From the NCBI GenBank assembly GCA_051532035.1, contig JAOPTW010000011.1:1-64000 (forward strand): DNA of 64,000 bases, given 5' to 3'. This document shows positions 1 through 9,925 of the stretch, piece after piece (positions within the stretch are counted from its first letter, which is position 1; each line of letters starts with the position of its first letter). The position numbers and the translations under genes were made by a program. The notes beneath the pieces were generated by a model. The model searched no databases. It was given only the letters and a program-made list of their open reading frames with translations, and had not been told where the DNA came from. The stretch comes from Fibrobacterales bacterium (GTDB taxonomy: Bacteria > Fibrobacterota > Fibrobacteria > Fibrobacterales > JAOPTW01).

Positions 1-1650
1 CAGATTAAAAAGATTACTGAGGGGAGTGGCATGTTTCAAAGGGTTCAGGTGATCTATGTCGACCTTCTAAAAGTGGCTCTCAAAAATCCTATTAAAATTT
101 TAATGGCTGCCGCTGTAATTTGGGTATTGGGTATTATGGCTTTTGTTACGCTCGGCAAAGAGCCGGTCTTTTTTCCAAGTGTAGATCCGCAAGCAGGTAT
201 CATTAACTTAGAGACACCTCAAGGTACACCTCTTGAGTTAACTGATGCAGAAATTAAGCAGATTGAAAAAGTGGTGAAGCGTACACCTGCCTCAATAGAC
301 AATTACCAGTCTACAATTGGAAACTTAGGTGGTGGGATGGGGGCAAACACCCCTGAATCTCATAAGTCCAATATTCGTTTAGGGTTCACGAGTTACCTTG
401 AAAGAGAAATCCCCAGTGCAACAACGCTCCTTGACCTTAAAGATTCTCTTTCTGATTATATTGGTGCTAACATTAAAGTGACCCAAGTAGAGGATGGACC
501 TCCCCAAGGGCACCCCATAAGTTACGAAATAAATGGTCCAGAGTACTCAAAATTTCAAACGTATGTAGATGCAGTCATGGCAATTCTTATTGAGTATAAA
601 GAATTTAAGTTGGTAGATAATGATTTTGAAATTGGTAAACCAGAGCTTAATGTCTCAATTGATAGAGAAAAAGCAGTACTTCTTGGGGTTCGTACCAATC
701 AAATCGCATCTACTATTAGAAACGCAATCAACGGAGGCATCATCTCAACATTTAGATCTGATGAAGATGAGTATGATGTGGTGATTCGCTACAAGGATAT
801 GTTCCGTCATACTATACAGGATTTGATTAACCTCGAAATTGTTCATGAAGGTAAACGGATTCCGGTAAGTTCTGTTGCGACTATTAAGCGTCAAGCAGGG
901 CCAGGAGTTATTAAGAGAAAAGACCTTAAAAGAACCGTTGAGATTTGGGCTGATTTTAAAGAAGGGGTAGAAAATAAGGAATTAATTAAAGCTGAAATTG
1001 CGGATCGCATCAATAGTATCGAAGTGGCACATAATTACTTTGTTGGTATTGGAGAAGGAGTTAAGGTTCAAGAAGAAGCGACTGCCTTTTTAATGAAAGC
1101 CTTTTTAATTGCCATCATGCTTATTATGATGGTACTTATCTTGCAATTCAATTCCCTCACACAGCCTCTTATTATATTGGTTTCAGTAATACTCTCTATT
1201 AGTGGTGTTATGTGGGGATTTGCGCTCTTTGGCCAGACCTTCTCAATCATTACCTCGGGTATTGGTATCATCAGCCTAGCGGGGGTTGTGGTGAATAATG
1301 CCATTGTACTTATTGATTACACTAATGTCCTTATTAAACATGAACTTATGGCGCCCTCGGCGGCTCTTATTGAGGCGGGTAAAACGCGACTCCGTCCCGT
1401 ACTTCTTACGGCTATTACCACAGTGGTAGGCCTTCTTCCCATGGCATTTGGAGTGAGTTTTGACTTTCACTCATTTTCGATTCAGTGGGATTCAGAGTCG
1501 TCACAGTGGTGGTCTGCCATGGCATGGGCTATTATATATGGATTAACCTTTGCAACAGTGCTCACATTGATTGTAGTTCCCGTTCTTTTAGAGCTCGACT
1601 ATAAGTTGTTTGACCGTGAAAAGGTTGTTACTCCAGATAAAGAAGAGTAA
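1..1650 (+). CDS. RND-family (AcrB/AcrD/AcrF) efflux transporter permease, 5'-truncated by window edge
   Basis: Frame is open from base 1. Typical C-terminal half motifs: GVVVNNAIVLID, RLRPVLLTAITTVVGLLPM, GLTFATVLTLIVVP. Confidence 0.93.
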   Translation, partial: QIKKITEGSGMFQRVQVIYVDLLKVALKNPIKILMAAAVIWVLGIMAFVTLGKEPVFFPSVDPQAGIINLETPQGTPLELTDAEIKQIEKVVKRTPASIDNYQSTIGNLGGGMGANTPESHKSNIRLGFTSYLEREIPSATTLLDLKDSLSDYIGANIKVTQVEDGPPQGHPISYEINGPEYSKFQTYVDAVMAILIEYKEFKLVDNDFEIGKPELNVSIDREKAVLLGVRTNQIASTIRNAINGGIISTFRSDEDEYDVVIRYKDMFRHTIQDLINLEIVHEGKRIPVSSVATIKRQAGPGVIKRKDLKRTVEIWADFKEGVENKELIKAEIADRINSIEVAHNYFVGIGEGVKVQEEATAFLMKAFLIAIMLIMMVLILQFNSLTQPLIILVSVILSISGVMWGFALFGQTFSIITSGIGIISLAGVVVNNAIVLIDYTNVLIKHELMAPSAALIEAGKTRLRPVLLTAITTVVGLLPMAFGVSFDFHSFSIQWDSESSQWWSAMAWAIIYGLTFATVLTLIVVPVLLELDYKLFDREKVVTPDKEE

Positions 1651-1696
1651 ATTTAAAAATAATTAGGTTTTCTTTTTAAAAGTTCATAATCGATAC

Positions 1697-1732
1697 AGGC
1701 CCTGTTTTATTAGACAGGGCCTTTATTATTTT
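1697..1732 (+). terminator. Rho-independent terminator
   Basis: AGGCCCTGT...ACAGGGCCT stem followed by a T-rich tract, downstream of the RND gene. Confidence 0.75.
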
Positions 1733-1982
1733 TAGCCAAATTTAATCAGAATCTCTTAAACGGTATGTAGGTGGTGTGTTTTGAGCTTACTTAAAATGGT
1801 TAATTTAGCGCTTATCAATAGTTACTTTAAGTTTAACTTCAATTTTTTAAGTGCAAAGTGTTTAAAGATGTGATATACTCCCGATATACGTCAAAGGATC
1901 ATAACTTGATGAATAGTAACAGGTTAAGAATACTTGCCTGTGAAATAGAAGAACGGTGCTAAAGCACCCAAGGGAGTAAAAG

Positions 1983-2129
1983 ATGAAACAGAAACTTAAA
2001 GAAGTTATAGCGGCACATGCAGTAGAGCTTGAAAATGGCATTGCATCAGTCCCTATAGATTCCTTTGAGTTGATCATCGATGAGATTTTATCTCAAGCAG
2101 GTGATTACATTCTCGATTCACTCGAATAA
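1983..2129 (+). CDS. Small acidic hypothetical protein (48 aa, MKQKLKEVIAAHAVELENG...ILDSLE)
   Basis: Below the ORF-track cutoff. ATG at 1983 with AGGGAG RBS at 1971-1976, TAA at 2127-2129. Confidence 0.6.
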   Translation: MKQKLKEVIAAHAVELENGIASVPIDSFELIIDEILSQAGDYILDSLE

Positions 2130-2253
2130 GCTATTTAGTCGCTATTCTTTTCTACTTAAAATATCAGTTTACTGTTGCTCAATACATGGTATTCACATTA
2201 CTCATAAAGAACGTTGAACCATTCCTTATTACATAATATTTCATTTTGAAGGG

Positions 2254-2330
2254 AAAAGAAAAACCCGACCCAAAAGATTTAGAAGCTTTACGGATCGGGT
2301 TCTCGACACAATGAATTCGCATTCATGATA
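2254..2330 (-). ncRNA. Candidate ~75-nt small RNA
   Basis: Minus strand shows a TGnTATAGT-like -10 at 2344-2336, a hairpin AUGAAU-GCGA-AUUCAU, then a terminator AACCCGAUCC...GGGUCGGGUU plus U tract. No ORF feeds it. Confidence 0.35.
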
Positions 2331-2562
2331 GTGTTACTATATCATTAATATTTGACTAGTGCACTGTTTTTAAATGGGTTAGTCTATTTTGTTAAAACCC
2401 GACTCACTGATATGGTTGTTGTAAGGCTATATGATTCAGATGGTTACCTTGATTATCTATTTGGTGTTTGCGGGTGCTTTTTAAACAGAATGCCAATACA
2501 AAAAGGAATAAAGCTATATTTGATATCATTGCCCCCAATTTAAATTATCTGAGGATTAGCCT

Positions 2563-3435
2563 TTGACTACTAAAATAAAGCTCTTATCATCCAATGATTC
2601 ACTGCCACTTACCTGTTCACGCACGGGAACATGTTGCCATGGTAAAGCAGTCTGGATTAACCCTTGGGAGCTTGCTCGTCTAGCAAAAGCCAAAGAAGTC
2701 TCAGCTCGGGAATTTAGAGATGAATATTGTGAATTCGGTGGAATACGGCTTAAATTTGACGGTGAAGCAGGCTGGAAAGAGCTCAATGCGTGTAGTCAAT
2801 ATGTTCAAGATAAGGGGTGTAGCGTCCATGTGGGGAGGCCGTTAGCCTGTCGACTGTATCCTCTTGGTCGTCAACGTAAAGGTGATACAACGCACTATAT
2901 GCACGAAGGCACTCAGTTTCCCTGTCTCGAAGGGTGTCCAGAAGTGGTAGAACTCCCTAAACTCACTGTAGGTGAGTACATTATAGGCCAAGAAGCTGGT
3001 CTCTGTGAATCGGCACAAGATGCGTATCTCGATCTCATGCAGCAGCTCGCTGATGGTGCATTTGCATTGTTGATTGATACAGGTCTTGCGGCGACAGGAG
3101 ATAGAGATACCCTCACTGCATGGCGTTCAATGGGGGAAGTTGCTCCTGACGTTCTCGAAAATGAACTCGGACAAGAGTGGATTGACAGACTGGTATTACC
3201 AAACCTCGATTGTTCTTTAGAAAGCCCACTTCAGTTTTGTAATCAGCACTATGATGCACTTCAAGAGGCAGCACAAAATGCCTTTGGTGAACTCGCAATA
3301 GCTGAAGAGATGAAGGATGCCTCTATTATTATGATGGGCCTCGCCCTTCACTTAGGGCGCAGTTTAGGTGCACAGCCCAAGGATCTTTCTGAACACTGGA
3401 TTGCAACGGCAAAAGAGCATGGAGCCTCTGAGTAA
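2563..3435 (+). CDS. YkgJ-family (CxxCxxCC-like) cysteine-cluster protein
   Basis: LTCSRTGTCCHG and GCSVHVGRPLACRLYP motifs. TTG start with GAGGA RBS. Confidence 0.8.
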   Translation: MTTKIKLLSSNDSLPLTCSRTGTCCHGKAVWINPWELARLAKAKEVSAREFRDEYCEFGGIRLKFDGEAGWKELNACSQYVQDKGCSVHVGRPLACRLYPLGRQRKGDTTHYMHEGTQFPCLEGCPEVVELPKLTVGEYIIGQEAGLCESAQDAYLDLMQQLADGAFALLIDTGLAATGDRDTLTAWRSMGEVAPDVLENELGQEWIDRLVLPNLDCSLESPLQFCNQHYDALQEAAQNAFGELAIAEEMKDASIIMMGLALHLGRSLGAQPKDLSEHWIATAKEHGASE

Positions 3436-3672
3436 TTCCTTATTCAGAAATTAAATACTCATCTTTAGTCCAGTATCTAGACGCAGATTATGGCGCTCTT
3501 TGAGTATCTTGGTCTAAAATTACACCCCTATATATTCATTTTCGTAAGGCTATCAATTTAAGTTTGCGTTATCCGAATTTGAATATATACTCTATATCGG
3601 GGTAGGATTTCCTGTAGTGTATGGCGTCAAGAATGGCGCTTATTGTATATGGATATCTAATGAGGGGATAGT

Positions 3673-4233
3673 ATGAAATTAGGGCTCGTGGGTCATAATT
3701 CACAAGAAATAGCAATTTTCAAGAAAGTATTTTCACAAAAGGGCTTTAGTGTTTCAGTGGTAAACCCTGTTTCGCAAAGCTATCTTGATTTGGTCAAAAT
3801 CGAGCCAGAAATTATGTTTATGGAGATTCCTACCAATTATGCAGAAGAGCTGTGTCTCCTCAAGCGGATGCAAAATAACAAGAAATTTCATCACTGCCAT
3901 ATGTTTACTTTTGGTACTGAAGACGTACAAACGGTTATGAAACGGTTCAGTCCTTATGGGGTAGTAGCTCATATTCGACGACCGCTAAAGATTCAAAATG
4001 TCTTTGAGGCTATGTTGGAGCATATTGGTGAGGAAGCTGAGAAGTACTTTAAAGAAGGTATTCCCTTGGCGGAGCCAGTGTCAGACTCGGGGCTAGGCCC
4101 AGAGTTAGAGCCGGAACGAGTGTCAGGGGCAGTGTCAGAGCCGGAACTGTCTGGATCAGTATCAGTATCAGGGCCGGAGTCAGAGTCTGACCCGGCACTT
4201 ATGATTGAGGAATTCATGAACTCATCTATATAA
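3673..4233 (+). CDS. Degenerate receiver (CheY-like) domain protein with low-complexity tail, possibly truncated
   Basis: Receiver-like pattern (PEIMFMEIP, AHIRRPL) followed by an S/E/P/G-rich tail. Confidence 0.5.
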   Translation: MKLGLVGHNSQEIAIFKKVFSQKGFSVSVVNPVSQSYLDLVKIEPEIMFMEIPTNYAEELCLLKRMQNNKKFHHCHMFTFGTEDVQTVMKRFSPYGVVAHIRRPLKIQNVFEAMLEHIGEEAEKYFKEGIPLAEPVSDSGLGPELEPERVSGAVSEPELSGSVSVSGPESESDPALMIEEFMNSSI

Positions 4234-4378
4234 ACCGTATCTGAAACATAAGAGCAGGTATTAGCACATTTCGTGAGGGAATTATTGTTTTTCATAACAG
4301 TTTTAGAGTTTTACATAAAGATCTTCTCTTGTTTACTACCTTTGCCAGTTCACACTCATCTCCTGAGAAAGGATCGCT

Positions 4379-5020
4379 ATGACCAACAATGATATTATTC
4401 GCCGTGTTCGCTACATATTTGACTATAGTGATGATAAGATGATGAAAATATTTAATCTTGCCGAAGCTCCTGCAACACGTGAGCAGATCAGTAGTTGGTT
4501 AAAGAAAGATGAAGATGAAGGGTTTGCGCCTCTAAATGACAAACAACTCGCACTCTTTTTAAATGGTTTGATTATTTTGAGAAGAGGGAAAAAAGAGGGA
4601 GCTTCTCCGAAGCCCGAAAAGAAACTCACTAACAATGGTGTGCTGAGAAAACTTAAGATCGCCCTGGATCTTAAGGCAGAAGATATAATTGAACTCTTGG
4701 AACAGGTTGATTTTAAATTTAGTAAATCGGAGTTAAGTGCATTCTTCCGTAAACCAGATCACAGACACTATAAAGAGTGTAAAGATCAGGTGTTACGCAA
4801 TTTACTTCTTGGTATTCAAGGCAAATTTCGTGGGCTTCCTGATTCAGATTATGTGAAACCAGTTGAAGAAAAGATTGTGGAAGTAGCAGAAAAAAAGAGT
4901 GAAACTCCCATAGATACTCCAGCTGAAGCCTCCCCTGAGAAGAAAGAAGAAGGAGTAAGTGAGGTCTCTCCCAGAAAAACATCTAATAGTGGGTTTGTTC
5001 GTAAGGCCAAACCACAATAA
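4379..5020 (+). CDS. yehS: DUF1456 (YehS) family protein
   Basis: MTNNDIIRRVRYIFD, LTNNGVLRKLKIAL, SELSAFFRKPDHRHYKECKDQ. Confidence 0.85.
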   Translation: MTNNDIIRRVRYIFDYSDDKMMKIFNLAEAPATREQISSWLKKDEDEGFAPLNDKQLALFLNGLIILRRGKKEGASPKPEKKLTNNGVLRKLKIALDLKAEDIIELLEQVDFKFSKSELSAFFRKPDHRHYKECKDQVLRNLLLGIQGKFRGLPDSDYVKPVEEKIVEVAEKKSETPIDTPAEASPEKKEEGVSEVSPRKTSNSGFVRKAKPQ

Positions 5021-5047
5021 GACTTACGAGACACCTCTAAATTTCTT

Positions 5048-5674
5048 ATGATTAAAAACGAAATTAAAGCTTTTGATAGTCATGCAAAAGAGTACACCGA
5101 CCGTTTGGGTGATATTTGGCTTTATGATCAACATATTAATGCATTTGTAGAGACTCTTCTACCAGGTGCACGGATTGTAGATTTAGCGTGTGGGCCCTGT
5201 CGAATTTCACAATATATGTATGATACTCGTAATGACCTTCGGTTTCACTGTATTGATATTTCACCAAAAATGATCGAGATTGCACAACAGAAGCTGCCTA
5301 AAGAGTGTGCTACTTTTGCATTATCAGATATAAAAGAAGTAACGTTTACCTCTCAGTACGATGGGGTGATGTGCTCGTTTGGCTTCCCCTTTTTAAATCT
5401 CACTGAGATTGATCACTTGCTCAGAAAAGTATCGCTCGCACTCCATGTCGATGGGAGTGTCTATATCTCGACCATGCAGGGAGATACTGAAGGATTTGAG
5501 TCAACGAGCTTTAGTGGAGATACTCAAGTCTATTTTATCTACCATCAAAAGAATGACCTCGATGTGCTCTTTAAAAAACATGGCTTCTCAATAGAGTATT
5601 ATCGAGAACAGGTATTTCCTCAAGACCATTCAGATGATTTAACTGATATGATCTATATATTAAAGAAAGATTGA
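5048..5674 (+). CDS. Class I SAM-dependent methyltransferase
   Basis: Motif I IVDLACGP, then IDISPKMI and YDGVMC. Confidence 0.85.
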   Translation: MIKNEIKAFDSHAKEYTDRLGDIWLYDQHINAFVETLLPGARIVDLACGPCRISQYMYDTRNDLRFHCIDISPKMIEIAQQKLPKECATFALSDIKEVTFTSQYDGVMCSFGFPFLNLTEIDHLLRKVSLALHVDGSVYISTMQGDTEGFESTSFSGDTQVYFIYHQKNDLDVLFKKHGFSIEYYREQVFPQDHSDDLTDMIYILKKD

Positions 5675-5788
5675 TCTTCTCTGCTTTTAACAGAGCGCTT
5701 CCGTAACGTTTTTTTAGAGGTGCCTATGGGTTAATTTCCTAGCTTTGATATCTACTAAAATATTCCGGTTTAATTATCTTGGAAAGCT

Positions 5789-7276
5789 ATGGCCAGTGAA
5801 GAGAGTGATCAACCACACTTAAAAATAATATTAACAGCCCTACTTATGGCTCTTCTGTTGGCGTCACTTGATAATACTATAGTCGCAACAGCTCTTGGCG
5901 CTATAGTGGCAGATTTGGGTGAGATCGAAAAATTCACTTGGGTCACTTCTTTCTACATGATTGCCGGAATGCCCAGCATGCTCATATTTGGGAAGCTTTC
6001 AGACATGTACGGCCGAAAGCGGTTCTTTCTCACAGGTCTCGGAGTGTTTCTTGTCAGTTCAGTTCTGTGTGGTACTGCAGATTCAATGGTAGAGCTGAGT
6101 CTGTATCGCGCCTTACAAGGGGTTGGTGGGGGAGCGCTCCTTCCCATATCATTCACCATTATTTTTGACTGTTATCCGCCCGAAAAAAGGGGAAAAATCA
6201 TGGCGCTTTTTGGGCTTGTATTTGGCTTGTCGAGTCTTATTGGGCCAATTATTGGGGCCTATTTACCACAATATGTGGGCTGGGAGTGGATCTTCTATAT
6301 AAATCTTCCCATTGGGGTGATTGGCGGTGGACTGCTGATAGTCTTTTATAATGAGAGTCATGAGCGCCAAGAGCAAAAAATTGATTGGCTTGGCGTCTTA
6401 TTTGTCGTTCTTACGATATGTTCTGTTATGACCCTCCTCCTTTTCGGAGGGAGTGCCTTTAAATGGCATTCGGGAGAAACCTATCTCTTAGTAGGAGCCT
6501 CCTTTGTATTTGCCGCCCTTCTTTGGCTGGTCGAGAAAAAAGCGGACTCACCAGTTATACCAATACATCTCTTTTCGAGTAGACTCTTTAGTGGCTCACA
6601 GTTGGCGAGTTTCTTTTATGGTATGCTTTTTATTGCGTTACTCATATACACACCACTTTTTTTGCAAGGAGTGCTTCTTCTCCCTCTCTCTTCGGCTGGT
6701 ATGGTTCTCATGCCGATGATGCTCGGTGTAGTGGTAGGGGCTCAAATTGCAGGCCATCTTTTGAATCGCTTCTCTTTTAGAAATATTTTGCTCTGCTCAA
6801 TCGGGCTGGTATTGGGGACTCTTCTCGCAACACCTTGGGCCTTCGAGTCTCAGTCACAATCATTAATAATGATTTTTATGGCGTTTTTTGGTGCAGCAGT
6901 GGGGGCCAATTTTTCGACACTCAACATGAGTGCCACACATGGAGTTGGCTATACAAGTCGGGGGAGTGCAAACTCTTCGGTTATTTTTTTTAGACAGATG
7001 GGTATGGCTTTTGGGGTGACCATTTATGGTCTTATTTTTAACGAAGTACTCTTTGATGGACTGGCAGTAATTGACTCTCTCTCCATTGCCCAAGATCAAG
7101 TACATACATTACTCACCGAAACCATACGTGCATCTCTTTCAAAACAGGTGTTGAGTCAAATGAGCGGTGCCTTTAATGGAGCAATACTGTTGATATTTAA
7201 AATCCTATTTATCCCTGCAATCGGTGCACTGGCTGCCATTATATATATGGGCAATGCACGTAATTTAGACCAATAA
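5789..7276 (+). CDS. MFS drug:H+ antiporter, DHA2 (EmrB/QacA) type
   Basis: LDNTIVATAL, GKLSDMYGRKR, RALQGVGGG, WEWIFYINLPIG; about 14 TM segments. Confidence 0.92.
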   Translation: MASEESDQPHLKIILTALLMALLLASLDNTIVATALGAIVADLGEIEKFTWVTSFYMIAGMPSMLIFGKLSDMYGRKRFFLTGLGVFLVSSVLCGTADSMVELSLYRALQGVGGGALLPISFTIIFDCYPPEKRGKIMALFGLVFGLSSLIGPIIGAYLPQYVGWEWIFYINLPIGVIGGGLLIVFYNESHERQEQKIDWLGVLFVVLTICSVMTLLLFGGSAFKWHSGETYLLVGASFVFAALLWLVEKKADSPVIPIHLFSSRLFSGSQLASFFYGMLFIALLIYTPLFLQGVLLLPLSSAGMVLMPMMLGVVVGAQIAGHLLNRFSFRNILLCSIGLVLGTLLATPWAFESQSQSLIMIFMAFFGAAVGANFSTLNMSATHGVGYTSRGSANSSVIFFRQMGMAFGVTIYGLIFNEVLFDGLAVIDSLSIAQDQVHTLLTETIRASLSKQVLSQMSGAFNGAILLIFKILFIPAIGALAAIIYMGNARNLDQ

Positions 7277-7398
7277 TTGGATACAGAGGTCATATCTTCT
7301 TCAAATAACCAAATTCCAAATGTTAAAGTTCAGACACATAGCTGATATCTGGGCACTGAACACCATTTTATGAAGCATAAAAAGCTACATTTGGCGCC

Positions 7399-9015
7399 AT
7401 GGATAAAAAACTCTTTTCTACACTCGCACTTTCTAAGCCAATGCTTCATAATTTAGAAGAACTTGGTTTTCACTCAATGACCCCGGTACAAGGTGAAACC
7501 TTACCTCATATTCTCGATCATAAAGATGTGATTGCTCAAGCAAAAACGGGCAGTGGTAAAACTGCTGCCTTTGGTATTGGACTTCTGACAAATCTCGATG
7601 TTAAAAAGTATCGGGTACAAGCGTTGGTACTCTGTCCAACTCGCGAACTTGCCGATCAGGTTTCAAAAGAACTTCGTAGAATTGCCCGAGCAACCCATAA
7701 TGTTAAAGTACTCACCCTTTGTGGTGGTGAACCATTTGGACCACAGTATGGCTCACTCATACATGGTGCGCATATTGTTGTGGGGACTCCAGGGCGAGTT
7801 TTAAAACACCTTGAAAAACATAACCTCTCTTTAGAACACCTCAACACTCTTGTTCTTGATGAGGCAGACCGTATGCTTGATATGGGCTTTATCGATGAGA
7901 TCTCTGATGTGATCAGTTTTGCCCCTCAGAAACGTCAAACACTACTGTTCTCGGCAACCTTTCCGGAGCGCATTAATGAACTGAGTTCATCAGTACAGCA
8001 AAATGCCATATCAATAAAAACTATTTCAACAGAAGCGACCAATGCTATCGTAGAGCATTTTTATGAAGTTGACGGTAAAGAAAAATTTGAAACCCTTCTT
8101 GATATACTCAACACCTACAGACCTGAGAATGTCATAGTCTTTTGTAGTAGAAAAGCACAAGCACAAGAGGTGGCAGATGATCTTCGTGCACGTTCGATCA
8201 CCGCATCGGCAATTCATGGTGACCTTGAACAGTATGAACGGACCGACATGTTGGTTCAATTCTCAAATAAGAGCAGTGCAGTACTTGTTGCAACTGATGT
8301 TGCGGCTCGTGGGCTCGATATCAAAGAGCTCAGTATGGTCATTAACTACGATATCGCTCAAGATGCAGAGACCTATACCCACCGTATTGGCCGTACAGGC
8401 CGAGCTGGTAAAGAGGGGATCGCTTGTACTCTTATGACTTCACGTCAACGGGAAAAGATGGACTATCTTAGTGGACGCACAGTAAGTTATCCAGATTCAC
8501 TCGAAAAGGCTGGAACATTTTCACTTGAAGCTCCCAATCAGACCCTCGTAATTGAAGGGGGTAAAAAAGACAAAATGCGCCCTGCAGATATATTAGGTGC
8601 CCTTACCGGTGAAGGTGGATTTGTTTTTGAGCAGATAGGGAAGATCGTCATCAACGATCGCCAGACATATGTCGCTTTAGCAAATGATGTAGTAGATGCT
8701 GCCCTTGCCTTTTTACAAGATGGTCGAATCAAAGGACGGAGTTTTCCTGTTTGGAAATTGGGTCATAAACCAAAATCACTTGTTGACGATGGGTTTAAAC
8801 GTGAGAAGCGCATAAGTAAAAAAGAACGCTATGCACCTAAAGATCGTGACTCTTATGGGGAAAAGCCTCGAAGAGAGCGCGAGCCACGCTCTTCAGAACA
8901 TTCGTTTGGTGGAAATAAAGACCGAGATAGAGGAAGTGATTCATCTGCTCGCTCAAATTATAGAGAAGAGAAAAGTGCGGGCCCCGTTTTTACTCGTGGC
9001 CCACGTCGAGGCTAA
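7399..9015 (+). CDS. dbpA: ATP-dependent RNA helicase DbpA
   Basis: AKTGSGKT, DEAD, SAT and HRIGRTGR motifs. C-terminal DbpA RNA-binding domain (GGKKDKMRPADILGALT) plus a basic tail. Confidence 0.92.
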   Translation: MDKKLFSTLALSKPMLHNLEELGFHSMTPVQGETLPHILDHKDVIAQAKTGSGKTAAFGIGLLTNLDVKKYRVQALVLCPTRELADQVSKELRRIARATHNVKVLTLCGGEPFGPQYGSLIHGAHIVVGTPGRVLKHLEKHNLSLEHLNTLVLDEADRMLDMGFIDEISDVISFAPQKRQTLLFSATFPERINELSSSVQQNAISIKTISTEATNAIVEHFYEVDGKEKFETLLDILNTYRPENVIVFCSRKAQAQEVADDLRARSITASAIHGDLEQYERTDMLVQFSNKSSAVLVATDVAARGLDIKELSMVINYDIAQDAETYTHRIGRTGRAGKEGIACTLMTSRQREKMDYLSGRTVSYPDSLEKAGTFSLEAPNQTLVIEGGKKDKMRPADILGALTGEGGFVFEQIGKIVINDRQTYVALANDVVDAALAFLQDGRIKGRSFPVWKLGHKPKSLVDDGFKREKRISKKERYAPKDRDSYGEKPRREREPRSSEHSFGGNKDRDRGSDSSARSNYREEKSAGPVFTRGPRRG

Positions 9016-9017
9016 TA

Positions 9018-9755
9018 TTAAGTAATCGTCGTCGGTTGATTATTGTAGATTACCGGCATTTGACCTTGCCACTTATTCCAGAGTTCACCATCGGTAATAA
9101 GTGATTTCATAAAATGAGCCACATTGATTCTGCTGGTTTTACCGGCATTAAAAATAGGGCTTCGTGTAGGCATAGGGTGAATTTCTAAGTCGGTAATGGA
9201 GTCGGAGTCAATAAGCCCATCTGGCCTTACTGCAACCCATTCAATAGCACTGTTCTTTTGCCCAATAGTGGTTCTTAAATAATCCCCTGCTTGCTCATTA
9301 TCAGCATGAGGGGGGACGAGAAACCTTATGACTCCAATCACCGCCAACTCAGGACAGATTCTTTTTTCTTTAAGATCTCGGTTTTGACAACCCGTTGAAT
9401 TCATGAGTACAACCTTAACCGGTTTTTCAGGGTTCGCAATTTCCACTGCAGTACAGAGCTTTATGAGTGTATCTCTGACTAGTCGACGGGGAGCCCCCCA
9501 CATACCTTTAATGCTGATGTTGTGCCCAAGGCACGACGCAATAGCATCCACGCCTCTAACGAGCTTCTGTGTGGTTGCCTCATCAAAGTCAAGAACGGTT
9601 CCTGTGATTTTAGTGAGCTGCGGATGATCTCTTACGGCGTCAGGAAGCCCGTGCCCCGACCTAACTACCACGGTAACAGAATGTCCCTCTGAGAGGAGTT
9701 GCTGTGTGAGTAGTTTGCCTGTTGCCCCTGTTGCGCCGACAATAAGTATATTCAT
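9018..9755 (-). CDS. NAD(P)H-binding oxidoreductase (atypical SDR)
   Basis: ILIVGATGATG Rossmann motif, WVAVRPDGL, SRINVAHFM. Confidence 0.85.
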   Translation of the reverse strand: MNILIVGATGATGKLLTQQLLSEGHSVTVVVRSGHGLPDAVRDHPQLTKITGTVLDFDEATTQKLVRGVDAIASCLGHNISIKGMWGAPRRLVRDTLIKLCTAVEIANPEKPVKVVLMNSTGCQNRDLKEKRICPELAVIGVIRFLVPPHADNEQAGDYLRTTIGQKNSAIEWVAVRPDGLIDSDSITDLEIHPMPTRSPIFNAGKTSRINVAHFMKSLITDGELWNKWQGQMPVIYNNQPTTIT

Positions 9756-9869
9756 TAGATTACCAATATTTGGGTGTACTATAAGTATAACACGGGGAAT
9801 GGTACAATGTGTTACTTAATTTTCTTCTTCTGTATGGTATGAGAATTTTCTTATTGTTGAAATTTTGAA

Positions 9870-9898
9870 TAAAAAAAGGCCCTCTGGAGAGGGCCTTT
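9870..9898 (-). terminator. Rho-independent terminator
   Basis: AAAGGCCCTCT-GG-AGAGGGCCTTT stem with an A7 run (U tract on the minus strand). Confidence 0.75.
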
Positions 9899-9925
9899 GG
9901 ACAATGGTACTGTGGTGCTTTGTGA

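Noticed and set aside
1983..2330. Type I toxin-antitoxin pair (small ORF plus convergent sRNA)
   Set aside because: The peptide is acidic and not hydrophobic, and the candidate sRNA does not overlap the ORF.
3993..4295. Antisense ORF sharing the peptide EFMNSSI with the sense protein
   Set aside because: Explained by an imperfect DNA palindrome centred on TTCATGAA plus a stop-poor hexamer repeat; there is no evidence of a real gene.
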